The notes under the pieces were generated by a model. It was not told where the DNA came from. It saw only the letters and a list, made by a program, of their open reading frames with translations, and did no database searches. A DNA stretch of 25,857 bases from Thermodesulfobacteriota bacterium (GTDB lineage: Bacteria > Desulfobacterota > Binatia > DP-6): contig JBKPBB010000157.1 of assembly GCA_046744245.1 (NCBI GenBank), positions 1-25,857 on the forward strand. Direction: 5' to 3'. Positions 25,769 to 25,857 of this stretch are shown here, piece by piece (within the stretch, counting starts at the first letter, position 1; the number at the start of each line of letters is the position of its first letter). Both the position numbers and the translations under genes were made by a program.

Positions 25769-25857
25769 GCGAAGGTGAGGACGTTCTTGATCCCGCGCGC
25801 CGGGCCGAGCAGCAGGTCGCGGTACGCCTCCACCGGGTAGCGCCCGGTGATGAGCGA
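25765..25857 (-). CDS. C-terminal end of a probable Zn-dependent (MDR) glucose 1-dehydrogenase-like protein, partial
   Basis: Reads LITGRYPVEAYRDLLLGPARGIKNVLTFA*, typical of an MDR tail (LIT.R.P......GIK.VL). Only 29 codons are visible. Confidence 0.55.
   Translation of the reverse strand, partial: SLITGRYPVEAYRDLLLGPARGIKNVLTFA

Noticed and set aside
1-25857. Dozens of long overlapping ORFs rich in Arg/Ala/Pro/Gly (for example 1349..2935+, 2910..5366+, 6727..8586+, 12589..14079+, 23889..25778+)
   Set aside because: These are antisense or alternate-frame shadows of real genes, expected at this GC content. They have no recognisable motifs.
1-25857. CRISPR arrays, rRNA, tRNA, transposases, integrases and phage genes
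   Set aside because: No regularly spaced repeats, RNA gene signatures or such protein motifs were seen by eye. A covariance-model search was not possible.

Overview
Very GC-rich bacterial DNA (roughly 70% or more by eye) of mostly accessory and metabolic genes, nearly all on the minus strand. The gene repertoire looks like an uncultured deltaproteobacterial lineage (Binatota/Myxococcota-like), which is inference only. Left to right: (1) a partial GNAT acetyltransferase; (2) a frameshifted gene with two DUF222-like repeats and an HNH nuclease; (3) a conserved hypothetical protein; (4) an aldo-keto reductase, a Cys-bearing HxlR regulator and a single-subunit Mo-bisPGD oxidoreductase that appears to have Glu at the Mo-ligand position; (5) a zinc ribbon/class III cyclase/STAND-like ATPase/TPR protein; (6) DUF1993; (7) a six-gene operon (DM13-like, GlcG/HbpS-like, cupin, jelly-roll+SMP-30 lactonase, RclC/YkgB, alpha/beta hydrolase) whose first four products carry signal peptides; (8) a 485-aa orphan secreted protein; (9) an orphan PilT with a duplicated N-domain; (10) a five-gene aromatic catabolic operon (NagG/NagH-like Rieske oxygenase, ornithine-cyclodeaminase-like protein with an in-frame TAG, bicupin dioxygenase with the metal site in the C-terminal cupin, DapA-family aldolase); (11) a glycogen debranching enzyme that lacks its start codon; (12) the tail of a Zn-dependent dehydrogenase. 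Three short decayed gene relics lie in intergenic gaps. No rRNA, tRNA, CRISPR array or transposase was seen. The best candidates for undescribed systems are the aromatic operon, the secreted operon and the HxlR/Mo-enzyme pair. All family assignments come from motif recognition, not database searches.
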